Of a stretch of 34,908 nucleotides of DNA, positions 23,067-33,300 are shown in pieces. The stretch is from a virus (taxonomy: Duplodnaviria; Heunggongvirae; Uroviricota; Caudoviricetes), in the IMG/VR virus record IMGVR_UViG_3300037851_000345, positions 188,067 to 222,974 of that record. One strand, given 5' to 3'. Position numbers and translations under genes: made by a program. Positions within the stretch are counted from its first letter, which is position 1, and each line of letters opens with the position of its first letter. Below the pieces are notes generated by a model. That model did no database searches. It was given only the letters and a program-made list of their open reading frames with translations, and was not told the origin of the DNA.

Positions 23067-24323
23067 CTATACCTTTTGAATAATATACAAACCGCAATAC
23101 TGTGGATAGAATGATAAATTTAATCCTTGACTTAAAGGATGGTCATGGTCAACATCTCTACGTTCGTGGTAAGTTCCAGGTCGTTCCGTATTTTCATTCA
23201 AAGCAGGATTTGGTGTATCTACATCTTCAGTACTTCCCGTACTATCTTGAAAATGAGTATGAGAAAGTTCTCCGCCGCCTAAAGGTCTATCAGAAAATTT
23301 CTGCATCGCTAATAAATTTCCTGATGTTGGGGTGATACTAATAACGTTAGTTCCTGTCCTTGTACCTCTGTTAGCATTAGTACTCATTATAATGAAATGT
23401 TCTCTCATATCGATTGTTCCATTAGTCCCATCACATACTGACCAACCCGCAGGACATGGAAGTGCAGCGTCCCAAAATCCAATCATTCCCTTAAATCCGT
23501 AGAATGATACTGCAGCAGTCCATGCTGTTACATAGGCTCTTTTGATATTATCTGTAAGTGTTACTGAATTGATTTCATGATTATGATAGCCGTCTCGTCC
23601 ATCATAAATCCATCCGGCCGGAGAAAGAAATATTCTAGAATAGTTTGATTGGGGTTGACCAGGTGAACCGATTGATGGTGGTTGATAATAATCCCATTCG
23701 TGAACATGTTTACCTCCTAAGATACCTATTGATTCGTCAGCCCATTGAACGATATTAACAGAAGTTTCACCTGTTGCTGTTCTATTTCCTGCTCGTAAAT
23801 ACTTTCCTTCTGTTGCTGTCTGTGTTAACCACGGAATGTTAGAGTGAATGGTATTAAGAAGAATTGAATTACTTGGGAGTTTTTCTGTTGGCCCAGTTGC
23901 TTTAATGAATTGATATTGATTATATCCTATTGTCGGGGTACAAAGCAATCTGTGATTATGGTTCCCGGCCGCTTGACCACCTGCTCTACGATGGGGGTCC
24001 CAACCATTTGCATAATATTTTCCTGTGCAAGCCGTAATAGGCCAAACTCGCCCGCCTGCCCCATCAACACTATGAAGGCCGTCTGAGGTTGTGAAAAATG
24101 ATACCTTACCATTTGGAGACCCACCTATTCCTGAAGAGCCGACTGCTACCGTGCCGCCTGCGCCTCTGATGTAACAACCGCTAAACCCCACTCCAACGCC
24201 AACGTTGGGAGTAGTTAAAAGAGACCATCCTGTAGGTGCGGATTCACCATAACCCCCTGCCCACGGAACAATTATTCCAGTAGGAAGGTTGTTAAATTCG
24301 AAAGTATCAATGAAACCAATCAT
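23067..24323 (-). CDS. Tail fibre protein with tandem tail-collar-like/HxH units
   Basis: PTGIIVPWAG..APTGW...YIRG; GMIGFW...CPAGWSVCDGTNGT.D.R..FI; several HxH motifs; P.Y..L.II.K end. Confidence 0.8.
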   Translation of the reverse strand: MIGFIDTFEFNNLPTGIIVPWAGGYGESAPTGWSLLTTPNVGVGVGFSGCYIRGAGGTVAVGSSGIGGSPNGKVSFFTTSDGLHSVDGAGGRVWPITACTGKYYANGWDPHRRAGGQAAGNHNHRLLCTPTIGYNQYQFIKATGPTEKLPSNSILLNTIHSNIPWLTQTATEGKYLRAGNRTATGETSVNIVQWADESIGILGGKHVHEWDYYQPPSIGSPGQPQSNYSRIFLSPAGWIYDGRDGYHNHEINSVTLTDNIKRAYVTAWTAAVSFYGFKGMIGFWDAALPCPAGWSVCDGTNGTIDMREHFIIMSTNANRGTRTGTNVISITPTSGNLLAMQKFSDRPLGGGELSHTHFQDSTGSTEDVDTPNPALNENTERPGTYHERRDVDHDHPLSQGLNLSFYPQYCGLYIIQKV

Positions 24324-24339
24324 AATTTAGTCTCCACTT

Positions 24340-25515
24340 TTATAGTTTGTTGCCGATGAAATATACTTTCAGGCCCGCAGCATTTGTTCCTGCCGAGTTT
24401 ACCCCTATTAGGATTTCTGAATCGTTAGGAAGAGTTGGAATGGATATGCCGCCGCCTGCGAGAACCGTTGCCGATTTTGTTCCTAAAGGAATCGTAAGGA
24501 ATGTGGTCAACATATTACTTCCTGTGCTTCCGGGATAATCTGCATTAAGTCGGATTGCTACCGTTGTATTTGTGGAAGCAACGGCTGTTAACGAGGCTTT
24601 AACACTAGTCAAAAGCATCCCATATGGCATACGGAAAATGGTTTTCCAACCTGTCGTGAGAGGAGTTGATTCATCTGAACACGTTACGAGAATACATTCT
24701 GACCCTGTGCTTCCTGAAAAGCCTGACGTGCCTGAGTAGCCGGACCGGCCACTGTAACCACTAAGACCCAATCCTGAAAATCCTGAAATTCCTGAGTAAC
24801 CTGAGTATCCTGGGTTCTCGCCGCTGTATCCTGATATGCCTGAGTAGCCCGAGTCGCCTTGCAACGCTGCTGCACCATCCACTCCCGAATATCCTGAGAA
24901 TCCTGAGTCAGAAGAAAAACCAGAAAATCCCGAAAATCCCGAAACACCGATTTCTCCTGAAAATCCCGACCACCCATTCAGTCCCGAATACATTGAGGCT
25001 GTAGTTTGGCCAGCAGTTGTATTGCTACTTACCAAGCCAGGGGTTGAACCGCCACCTGCTGTAGAGTCAATTTCGACAGTTCCAAATTGAACATAATTTT
25101 CACCAGACGCAATAAGAAGAGCCATTTCAGCAGGAGTTTTTAGATAAAACTCTACTCCACGGTACTCATCATCATCATTTGCCCATTGTGCTATCAATGC
25201 ATATCCTACTCCATCGGCATAGATAGGAAGAGTATAGTCGAGAATCATATCAACTTTGGCAATTTTTTCATTAGGAGAAACTGCATCTTTTTGTTTAATT
25301 AAAAAGGAAGTCCCTGCTGGAATAGTCGGCCCTACAGTTGGTGGGTCTCCACCCGCAGTATCAGGACTTGGTGTATAAAACAATACACCTTGTTCAAAGA
25401 TATTGACGAACCAACGATTTAGAACATCTCTGTCAATGTCTGTTTTATAATGCCAAATTACGGATTGAGGATATGCTGTTCCTCCATATCCTTGTTCTGC
25501 GACATATTTACTCAT
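24340..25515 (-). CDS. Tail fibre/baseplate protein, paralog 4, with SG-X repeat
   Basis: N-terminal Q.V.WHY...LN..F..IF..GV domain, long SG-X tract, C-terminal beta-sandwich. Confidence 0.7.
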   Translation of the reverse strand: MSKYVAEQGYGGTAYPQSVIWHYKTDIDRDVLNRWFVNIFEQGVLFYTPSPDTAGGDPPTVGPTIPAGTSFLIKQKDAVSPNEKIAKVDMILDYTLPIYADGVGYALIAQWANDDDEYRGVEFYLKTPAEMALLIASGENYVQFGTVEIDSTAGGGSTPGLVSSNTTAGQTTASMYSGLNGWSGFSGEIGVSGFSGFSGFSSDSGFSGYSGVDGAAALQGDSGYSGISGYSGENPGYSGYSGISGFSGLGLSGYSGRSGYSGTSGFSGSTGSECILVTCSDESTPLTTGWKTIFRMPYGMLLTSVKASLTAVASTNTTVAIRLNADYPGSTGSNMLTTFLTIPLGTKSATVLAGGGISIPTLPNDSEILIGVNSAGTNAAGLKVYFIGNKL

Positions 25516-25533
25516 ATTTTCACTCCTCTATGT

Positions 25534-25540
25534 TATTTAT
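25534..25540 (-). promoter_or_regulatory. Candidate late-promoter motif ATAAATA
   Basis: Intergenic, upstream of the GAGGAG RBS of the 391-aa gene. Confidence 0.4.
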
Positions 25541-25558
25541 CGAATTTAGTAAAAACAC

Positions 25559-27154
25559 CTAAGCCAATTCACCTATGGCTATCCAATGGGTCGAGAAATC
25601 CGCTGAGGTATCAGAAACTAGGCTTGTTCCTGATGTGCCTTCGTGATGGTGAACCCAAAATCCTGTAGTGGTGATAGCAGTCTCGTTTACCGACTTCCAC
25701 TCATCAGTCTCTTGGTTCAAAAGGAAAACTCTAGGAGCGTCTGCAAACGTTTTGCGGAATGTTACTCCTGATGAGCCCCCTTTACCGATTTCTCCTCCAA
25801 GCATAAATATCTTTTTTGGAATTGCAAGGTCGTAGCGAAACGGAACTGTCAGGCTTTGATGGCGATATTCTAGTGTTTTTGCTGCTAGTGAATCTGCTAT
25901 TACGTAACCATTTTCGTTCACGTTCATGATTTTTTTGTATGTCAGGCCATCGGCAATTTCATCTAAACGATGAGTATGTCCTGCTGAAGAAAATTCAGAG
26001 ACTTTGTAACCATCAAAATATTCTGTATTAAGAGATGTTTGAAGAACAGTATTACTTACGGGTAAATATCCTGAGTAGGCCGAGAAGCCCGACACCCCAC
26101 TCCAACCCGATACGTTGTATCCTGAGAAACCTGTGTAACTAACAAGTCCCGACTGACCGATTGCGTACTCATACCCGCTACGAAGCAATCTTGCACCAAT
26201 CATATTGATCGAGAGAACTTCATTCTTCAGGCCGATACTATTTGCGGCATCGCTAACAGTAATCCCATTCAAGTATTGGGCGTTAAGTCCTACATTCATT
26301 GTACTATTGCTTAAAGGAATATTTCCTGACATATTACCAATGTGTCTTTGTGTAGTTCCATCATCGATGTAGCTGGGGTTACTTCCTTCAAGGGTTCTTA
26401 CTCCCGAACGAATCAACGTATCATAATTGATGCAGTTATCGTTCAGGTAAACTTGGGTTTGATAAGACGAGTCCAAGGTTCCGACACTCATTTTACCAAT
26501 GATGATATCATAATCTGAACTAATTGCGTTTTCTTCCACAAAAGAAAACTTCACAATATGAGAGTTTATCTTTTTGAAATTCAAAGTTTGCACCTCTTTC
26601 GAATAAGTTACGAATGCCTCACCTCCTGCGGTATCTGATACTGTAAATGCTTCTGGAAATACTTCTAACACATAATAGTTTTGGTCTTGGATAATTCCCG
26701 CCTTAGTTACATCAAAACGAACGACATCTCCTACTGCAAGATTGTGAGCAATTGGGGTAGTATTGATACTGCTGTCTAATTCTATTTTGCAAGGAATAAT
26801 ATCTTCGATATAGTATCCTGAATATCCTGAAATTCCGTAGTCGGCTGTCTCGTAGTTAAATCCGTTTGGCGGGGTTATCCAATCCATATTGGCAACTAGA
26901 TAAGTATCATTTGCACCGACTACCACTTTTACTGAAGTCATCGTGTCTACTTTAACCAAAAAGTTTTTGGTCTTTGGTCGTATTAAGGCAGAAAAAGAAT
27001 TAATCTCTATCTCACTACCAGATAATGTGTGGTTAAATTTCAGAACGCCAGGTGTAAAAGTCGAGTAGAGAAGTTTGTTAAGATTTTCAGCAACGAACTC
27101 GTGGACAAAATTGAAATTGATTACTTGTCCTGCAGACCCCACTTTCTGTGGCAT
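25559..27154 (-). CDS. Tail fibre/baseplate protein, paralog 3
   Basis: Shared N-terminal domain, IP.SN..LN..LNA..L.G repeats, HTH.LDEI.D, short SG-X tracts, one H.L..GD.V.F module. Confidence 0.75.
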   Translation of the reverse strand: MPQKVGSAGQVINFNFVHEFVAENLNKLLYSTFTPGVLKFNHTLSGSEIEINSFSALIRPKTKNFLVKVDTMTSVKVVVGANDTYLVANMDWITPPNGFNYETADYGISGYSGYYIEDIIPCKIELDSSINTTPIAHNLAVGDVVRFDVTKAGIIQDQNYYVLEVFPEAFTVSDTAGGEAFVTYSKEVQTLNFKKINSHIVKFSFVEENAISSDYDIIIGKMSVGTLDSSYQTQVYLNDNCINYDTLIRSGVRTLEGSNPSYIDDGTTQRHIGNMSGNIPLSNSTMNVGLNAQYLNGITVSDAANSIGLKNEVLSINMIGARLLRSGYEYAIGQSGLVSYTGFSGYNVSGWSGVSGFSAYSGYLPVSNTVLQTSLNTEYFDGYKVSEFSSAGHTHRLDEIADGLTYKKIMNVNENGYVIADSLAAKTLEYRHQSLTVPFRYDLAIPKKIFMLGGEIGKGGSSGVTFRKTFADAPRVFLLNQETDEWKSVNETAITTTGFWVHHHEGTSGTSLVSDTSADFSTHWIAIGELA

Positions 27155-28479
27155 TAGATTATCTCCCCAATCACAAAGTAATAGTATTGATTTGCGCCTG
27201 CATCAGATGCATCTGTTCTTTTGTAGTCGCTTCCCGATTTTACGATACTACCCATCTGTCTTGCTTTGAAGAATGTATTTGTAATTTGTGTTACCTTAGC
27301 ATATCTTTTTTCCAATCCTGCGGCAATTGCTCCTTCTCCGACGGCAGGAACTCTCTGCAAGAAGACACGAGCATTTTTCATTTCTCTAGTAAGTGGAACT
27401 GTCCCTACAATATTTCCCGTTAAAGTAAAACTTCCTGTTTCGTAGACGGGTTGGTACCAATTCATAATTCTCGCATCGTAGGCAATAGCATCGATATTAG
27501 TATATTCAATATCGTCTTCTTCGATGGAATCAGGGGTTGGTGTATTACCTTCTACTCCTGCCACACGATAATAGGTAGTGCTTGACGGGTTTGCGTCATC
27601 AAGGATTTCATCTAGTGTGTGAACGTGGGTTGACTTGGAAAATTCTGACTGTGGATAATTACCTACGAACTCAGCGTTCAGGTTTTTCTGTAAAACTGTA
27701 TTTGCTACAGGAATTTGGTCTTGGAATCCTGGCAAAGTCGCACCGTCTTGTGGTTGTATTTTTTTACCCATCACGTACTCTGCTGTAACACCTTCACCAA
27801 GGTCAACCGCATCAGAATCCATCCAAGATGGATAAACAGGATATGTGATGATAGTATTTCCTCCAGCGTCAAGCGTAATACTCGAAACGTCTTTAGAAAC
27901 CACGTATTCTGTGATTTCTTTGCCGTTAAAGAATTGAGCATTAAGGTTAGTATTCAGTTCCCCGTCCGATATAGGGAGTTGACTCGATTCGTGTCCTGGG
28001 AAGTAACCGTCAAGTTTTGCAATCAGGGGGAAAGCGGTATCTTTCTGAATCACCTTTAATCTTGCCCTTTCCTGAACATCGTAATTAAGAGCCGTGATTT
28101 TTCCGTCTTGGTCGAGGGTCAAGCCAACGAGAATCACGTCCGTTCCGATGACAGTCGCATCATCTACGAACAGGAACTCTGCACCTACGTTGGCATTTTC
28201 CCAACGGTATCTTGCCACTAGGTAGATGCTTGTCGGAGAAGTCTTCGTTATCGTAATTGCTTCGGTAGTGTCGATGCGCACAAGCAAATCTGTTTGATTT
28301 TGTGGATGAACAAGAAAAGACACGACATTGATTGTAACTGTGCTAGGACTAAAGTCGAAATTTCCTTCAATCAGGCCAGCCGTAAACATCTGATAGAAAA
28401 TCTTGTTCAGAATATCAGGGGCTAGTTCTTGGTGGTAGTGAATATTTAATATTTCTGTGCCGTTATTTAAAGTCTTCAT
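27154..28479 (-). CDS. Tail fibre/baseplate protein, paralog 2
   Basis: Likely start ATG 28479 (TAATG overlap). Shared N-terminal domain, LP.S.G.LNTNLNAQFFNG repeats, HVHTLDEI.D. Confidence 0.75.
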   Translation of the reverse strand: MKTLNNGTEILNIHYHQELAPDILNKIFYQMFTAGLIEGNFDFSPSTVTINVVSFLVHPQNQTDLLVRIDTTEAITITKTSPTSIYLVARYRWENANVGAEFLFVDDATVIGTDVILVGLTLDQDGKITALNYDVQERARLKVIQKDTAFPLIAKLDGYFPGHESSQLPISDGELNTNLNAQFFNGKEITEYVVSKDVSSITLDAGGNTIITYPVYPSWMDSDAVDLGEGVTAEYVMGKKIQPQDGATLPGFQDQIPVANTVLQKNLNAEFVGNYPQSEFSKSTHVHTLDEILDDANPSSTTYYRVAGVEGNTPTPDSIEEDDIEYTNIDAIAYDARIMNWYQPVYETGSFTLTGNIVGTVPLTREMKNARVFLQRVPAVGEGAIAAGLEKRYAKVTQITNTFFKARQMGSIVKSGSDYKRTDASDAGANQYYYFVIGEII

Positions 28480-29810
28480 TAAAACGCACTCCCACTGTAG
28501 TAACCTACTGCAAGCCATTGAACCGTGAGGGTTGATATTGCCATCGATGTGTACTGCTCCGTGTCAAGTCCTGAGTAACCTGTATATTTTAGGGTGAAAT
28601 GAGATGGATGAACATCGACTGCCTCTACCTTTATATAGTGTCTATCGTCATAGGTCGGAGTTCTATCAATTATTTGAAGCATAACATCAGGTGGGTCATC
28701 GAAGGCGAAGTACAGTTGATTTTCAGGATTGAACGGAATATGCGTGTAGTTGGCAGTTACCGTCGTTTCTCCTGTGATTATCAGCGGCGGCCCGCCGCGG
28801 TCATCATTCCGAGCGAAGAAGCACTCGTCTCCAATCTTCTCTCTCGTGATAGCACGAGTTTTGAATGAGTCGTGAGTCAAATGATGGTCTACGTTGACTC
28901 CTACTGGCCGCTTAAAGACGGAGTTCATATCCTGAATATCGTCTAAGTTGTGCTGATGATTGGAACGAGAAAAGGACATGTATCCTGACCCGCCTACAAA
29001 TTCAGCGTTCAACCCTACGTTCAGCGTTTTGTTGCTTAACGGAATATTTTTAACAGCGTTTCCAGGCTGATAAAAAATACCGAACTCATCGGCTACATAT
29101 TGAATGTTAAGTCCTGAATTCTGTTCCCACTTCACAGCCACTTCATTACCTGAGTAGCCATTAATCATTTCGGCATTCAATCCTGAACACATCATACCGT
29201 TTGAAATTGGGACGTATCCTGATTCGTTGCCTGCTTGGTAGCCGTCAATCCTATAAACGTTCATCTCGTAGAGGATAACAGGATTCAATTCTGCAACTTC
29301 TTGGTCGTTAAAATTTACTTCTTGTAAATAGGCTCCTGATGGTATTACTTTACCCAAGATAATACTATTGTTGATGGGTTTAGAGGAAACAATGCTAAAT
29401 TCCACAGGTAAATCTGAGAACTCTAAATAATTGTACTTGGCAATCAACCAACCACCACCTGAACTAGATGGAACTACGCAGAAATCCTTCACGATGTCGC
29501 ACTTCAAAATTTGCTGTTCAAGAATTTGCTGTTCTAGGGTTGATAAGGCTTCAAAATTTTCTTGAATGACGCCGCCTTCGTAACGGTTATTTGGGGAGAT
29601 AAGAAAACTAAATCCCGCAGGAATTTTGACTTGTGTTCCCTGAGTGCTTGTGTTGTAATCCACATCCACCGTTATCGGTATTCCTGATTCGGGAATCACT
29701 CCTGTGGTGAATATATTTTGGAACAACTTGTTTTGGTACGAGGAAATCAGTCTAGTCTTGTAGTGCCAGTTTACCGCTTGCGTACCATCTAATCCATAAT
29801 TTATCGGCAT
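28479..29810 (-). CDS. Tail fibre/baseplate protein, paralog 1
   Basis: GTQAVNWHY...QNKLFQNIFTTGV domain, VPISNG...GLNAEMING repeats, HQHNLDDI.D. AGGAGA RBS. Confidence 0.75.
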   Translation of the reverse strand: MPINYGLDGTQAVNWHYKTRLISSYQNKLFQNIFTTGVIPESGIPITVDVDYNTSTQGTQVKIPAGFSFLISPNNRYEGGVIQENFEALSTLEQQILEQQILKCDIVKDFCVVPSSSGGGWLIAKYNYLEFSDLPVEFSIVSSKPINNSIILGKVIPSGAYLQEVNFNDQEVAELNPVILYEMNVYRIDGYQAGNESGYVPISNGMMCSGLNAEMINGYSGNEVAVKWEQNSGLNIQYVADEFGIFYQPGNAVKNIPLSNKTLNVGLNAEFVGGSGYMSFSRSNHQHNLDDIQDMNSVFKRPVGVNVDHHLTHDSFKTRAITREKIGDECFFARNDDRGGPPLIITGETTVTANYTHIPFNPENQLYFAFDDPPDVMLQIIDRTPTYDDRHYIKVEAVDVHPSHFTLKYTGYSGLDTEQYTSMAISTLTVQWLAVGYYSGSAF

Positions 29811-29818
29811 TTATTCTC

Positions 29819-30319
29819 CTAGAATTGTAAGAGCACTCTGAAGTTCACTCCGTATTGTTCTGTCTTTGTGATTTCGGGAAAAATACCCCACATAAATGAT
29901 TTATAAGGGTCTACTAGTGTTCCTGAACCTGTATACAGCATTATTTCGTTGCAAGTGAAAGATGTTCCCGCAGTTGGTGGAATATAGCAGTCTATTTCAA
30001 CTGTAATACTGTCAGCCATTTTTATATTGTTTACTGTAACGTAGCCGTTTACGGCATCAGCAGTAAGTCCTGCAGAGTAAAGTGCTTGGGCTACAGTTAA
30101 GTCAGAATGTAAAGTATTAAAGTCTTCTGCGGTCATCGGCATATAAAATGAATCGGGGTCTAAACCTGTGTATTGTTTATGAGATTCATAAAATGTTTCG
30201 TCTCCTTTGTCAGTCAAACGAAATTTTCTGATTGTGAAAACTGTTTGCTCCCCAACCATAGTGGCGATGCTTTCCAATCCTTCGGAAGTAACTGCGATTT
30301 GAATACTATTAACAGCCAT
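29819..30319 (-). CDS. Tail-collar fibre attachment protein (DUF3751-like)
   Basis: VT.EGL..IA...F.L.D...I.C.IP...G.SF...EI.LY...FM.G.FPEI.K...F.V.L.F pattern. Confidence 0.65.
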   Translation of the reverse strand: MAVNSIQIAVTSEGLESIATMVGEQTVFTIRKFRLTDKGDETFYESHKQYTGLDPDSFYMPMTAEDFNTLHSDLTVAQALYSAGLTADAVNGYVTVNNIKMADSITVEIDCYIPPTAGTSFTCNEIMLYTGSGTLVDPYKSFMWGIFPEITKTEQYGVNFRVLLQF

Positions 30320-30338
30320 ATTTATTCTCCATACTTAT

Positions 30339-33300
30339 TTAGTCTACGTAACTTAAAAATCTCTTTCTGTTCCTGTACGTATCTGTAGTCAATCCATTCG
30401 GATAAGCAGAGAACGGAGCGTAGTAGATGAGTGTTTGGTTTGGATAACCCTCTCTCCAAGTGTAAAAGAAACTTGCAAACTGGCCGTAGTCGTATACCGA
30501 ATCCAAAGTAATGATAGGTAAGTTATAGGTTTTGTCGATGATACCATCAGCCGTATTGTGGTCGAGGTCGATACGGAATTCTGAAGGTGGGGCTTGGGTG
30601 ATTGCTACTGTACCTGTTATGGTCATTGTTATCGGCGCACCGCCATCCGTTGCAGAAATAGTAAATGTGGTTTCAGAAGGGACTGATTCTACGTAATAAA
30701 CTGTACCGAAAACTGTTGGTGAACCAAATTCAATATAAACCGTTTCTCCTACGTGCAAGTCGTGATAGGTTGGATTCGTTGCCGTAATGATTGTTGACAA
30801 GTTGGTAATTGTGGCTGAGAACGTACGGTAGGCATCGCTCATCAAATTCTCCGTCTCGTAGTACTCCATCATCGGGGTTATACCTACTTGATTGCCTCCG
30901 AGTGGATACGTAATAGTCAAGTCTGCTACCGTGTGTTTTGGCTTGTACTGTTTTAACTTTTTCAATACGAGTTCAACTACTTCGTCTGGCGGGAAGTTGG
31001 TAATATCCTCTGTCGAAATTTCGAAGCCGTACTTAAAGTGCGGAGTCGGCCAGATGATTCCGTCCTTAACTCCTGTATAGGTGTCTAGTTTTTTTGCCGC
31101 AAGTTCTGTCGTGGTCAAACCATAGACTAGCGGTAGGTCGTTTCCATTAACTTCATTATCAAGTCTCCACAACAAGTGTTGGATGAGTGAATAACGGTGC
31201 TGATATCCCTCTTCGACAGAGAGAACTCTTGTACCTGAAACCATGTAAGTGTTTATCGGGTCTTTAATGTTTGTGATAGCAATAGATGAGTAGGATATAG
31301 TATTTCCACCTGGCACAATCAGAGGCACTATTTCACCTGTTGATACGCTTCTAATTTTAAAAGTCAATCCTGTAAGACCAACACTAGATACTAAGTAATG
31401 TTGTCCTGCACTTACGCCACCAGCTAACGGTCCGCTGTCTTCGAAAACAATCAAGTCCCCATCGTTTAAGCCATGAGCAGTAGCACAACTCCAAGTGTCG
31501 TTTACTCCTGCTAGTACAATCTTACCCCAAGGGGTCATCGATTGAGTAAGTTCAAAGGCAGTAGGTGTCGGACATTTCACGTAGTAGTTTTCATAGGCAT
31601 CGATGTTGCCTACACTTTTCAAGAAAAATACCGTGTCTCCGTCTGAAAGGTCGTGAGTAAGTGTTGTGTAGGGAGTGGTTGAAGTATCTACGTAACTAAT
31701 TTGGAAAGTGCTTTTGTTAATTTCACAGTCGTATTCCGTAGATGAAGAGATAGATGGTAAGCCTGCACCTACTTCTGTCAGTACCGCTGGTATCGGGTTG
31801 ATTCCAGTTACAAAATTAATACCGTAAGTGTAGGTCTCGGCGCAGTGGTCGTAAGTATTTACCACGCCTGTGATAAGGTGGCGATAATCGTACGCTGTCT
31901 GCACCAACTGTAAGTAGTCTCCCACTTGAACTCCGTAACCCTGCGGGTCTCGTGTTAGCACAAGTTGAAAGTAAATCTTGTAGCAGATGACACGGGTATT
32001 TGATGTGATATCGACAGGAGTCACTGAAGTGGTAATCGGTGTCAATGAAATTTGAAACCTGTCGGAGTCTAGTTGATAAACGTAGTAGTAATATGGAACA
32101 GCATCAGTTGTTTTTGTTCCCGTGATGCCGCCGCCGTTAACATCAGGAGCGAAAAGGATGATATCGTTCGTCTCTAGTCCATGGTTGATGTGAGTCAACG
32201 TGTCGGTGGGGATGTCTACATCGCAGTCAATTACTTGTGGTAGATAAATTACTCTGACGTAGCAATTATTCAACAGCCTTTCATTGTCTTCATACTGATA
32301 GAGATTAATTCGATAGTCGGCGGCTGTTGTGCCGTTTACTCCTCGATTACAACCCGTGAGCAAGTACTTCTTGTTCGTAAACGTACCTGTATGGTTGTCG
32401 TAGAATTCGACCCCTGTGTAGGAAATTACTTCATCTCCAAACTTGACGAATCCCTTAGGAACAATTCTTGGATTCGTACCTAATACAATGTGGTCGGCAG
32501 GGTCGTATAGTTTTCCTTCTAAGACCTTTACCAAAATTTCTGTATCGGAGGATGAAGTATTATGGTCAAGGATTAGTCTGGCGTTACCTTGGTCGCTTGT
32601 TAAATCTCGCAGAACTTCAAGGTCTGTTCTTAGTGGCTGTAGGCGGTCAGCAACTGTGCAGTAGTCAAAAATGCTTTCGGTATCGATGTCGGTAATCCAC
32701 TCGAACGGAATGTCTGAGATAAGTCCTTCATCTGTTTTGGTCGGGGAACAATCTGTAGATTCCGTAGGCATCGTATCCTTCTCAGCGTCTAACTGTTCTT
32801 CAAACTTGAACAGGTCAACATCGTAGTCTTCCACGTAGAACGGAAGTGGAATCGTGTCCCCTGTAGAGCGCACTTGGAGTTCTACGTTCGTTGTGTCGTA
32901 GAAGATGTCGAGGTCATCCAAGGAGTCGCAGGGAACAACCTTATCATCAAAACTACCACCGTCAGAACTTTTCACATCATCATCCGTCTTGCGAAAGTAT
33001 TCCCAATCGTAAATAAGGAGTTTCAGGTCGGGAACAGCGTGGGTATCGATTTCCTTATTTTCGTAAAACTCAGCCAATTCTTCTTGTAATGCCTTTGAAA
33101 TCTGTGGACGGAAGAAGTTCTCGTTGTTTGGGTAGAACGTTCTGAGCGACTCGTAAAGAATTAAGACGAGGAACGGTAGCGAATAAAAGGAGCAGTAGTT
33201 GAACGTCCACAAGTCCTGATACGAGGTTAACGGTTCGGAGATGACCAAGTGCCACAATTTCAACGCTGAAATTAGGCCTTTTTCCTTGTAGATATTCACC

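Noticed and set aside
17204-25668. Alternate-frame ORFs over the SG-X tracts (e.g. 22460-22936, 24684-24977, 17564-17809)
   Set aside because: QDIQ/ATAA-type translations are frame-shifted readings of the repeat codons inside larger genes.
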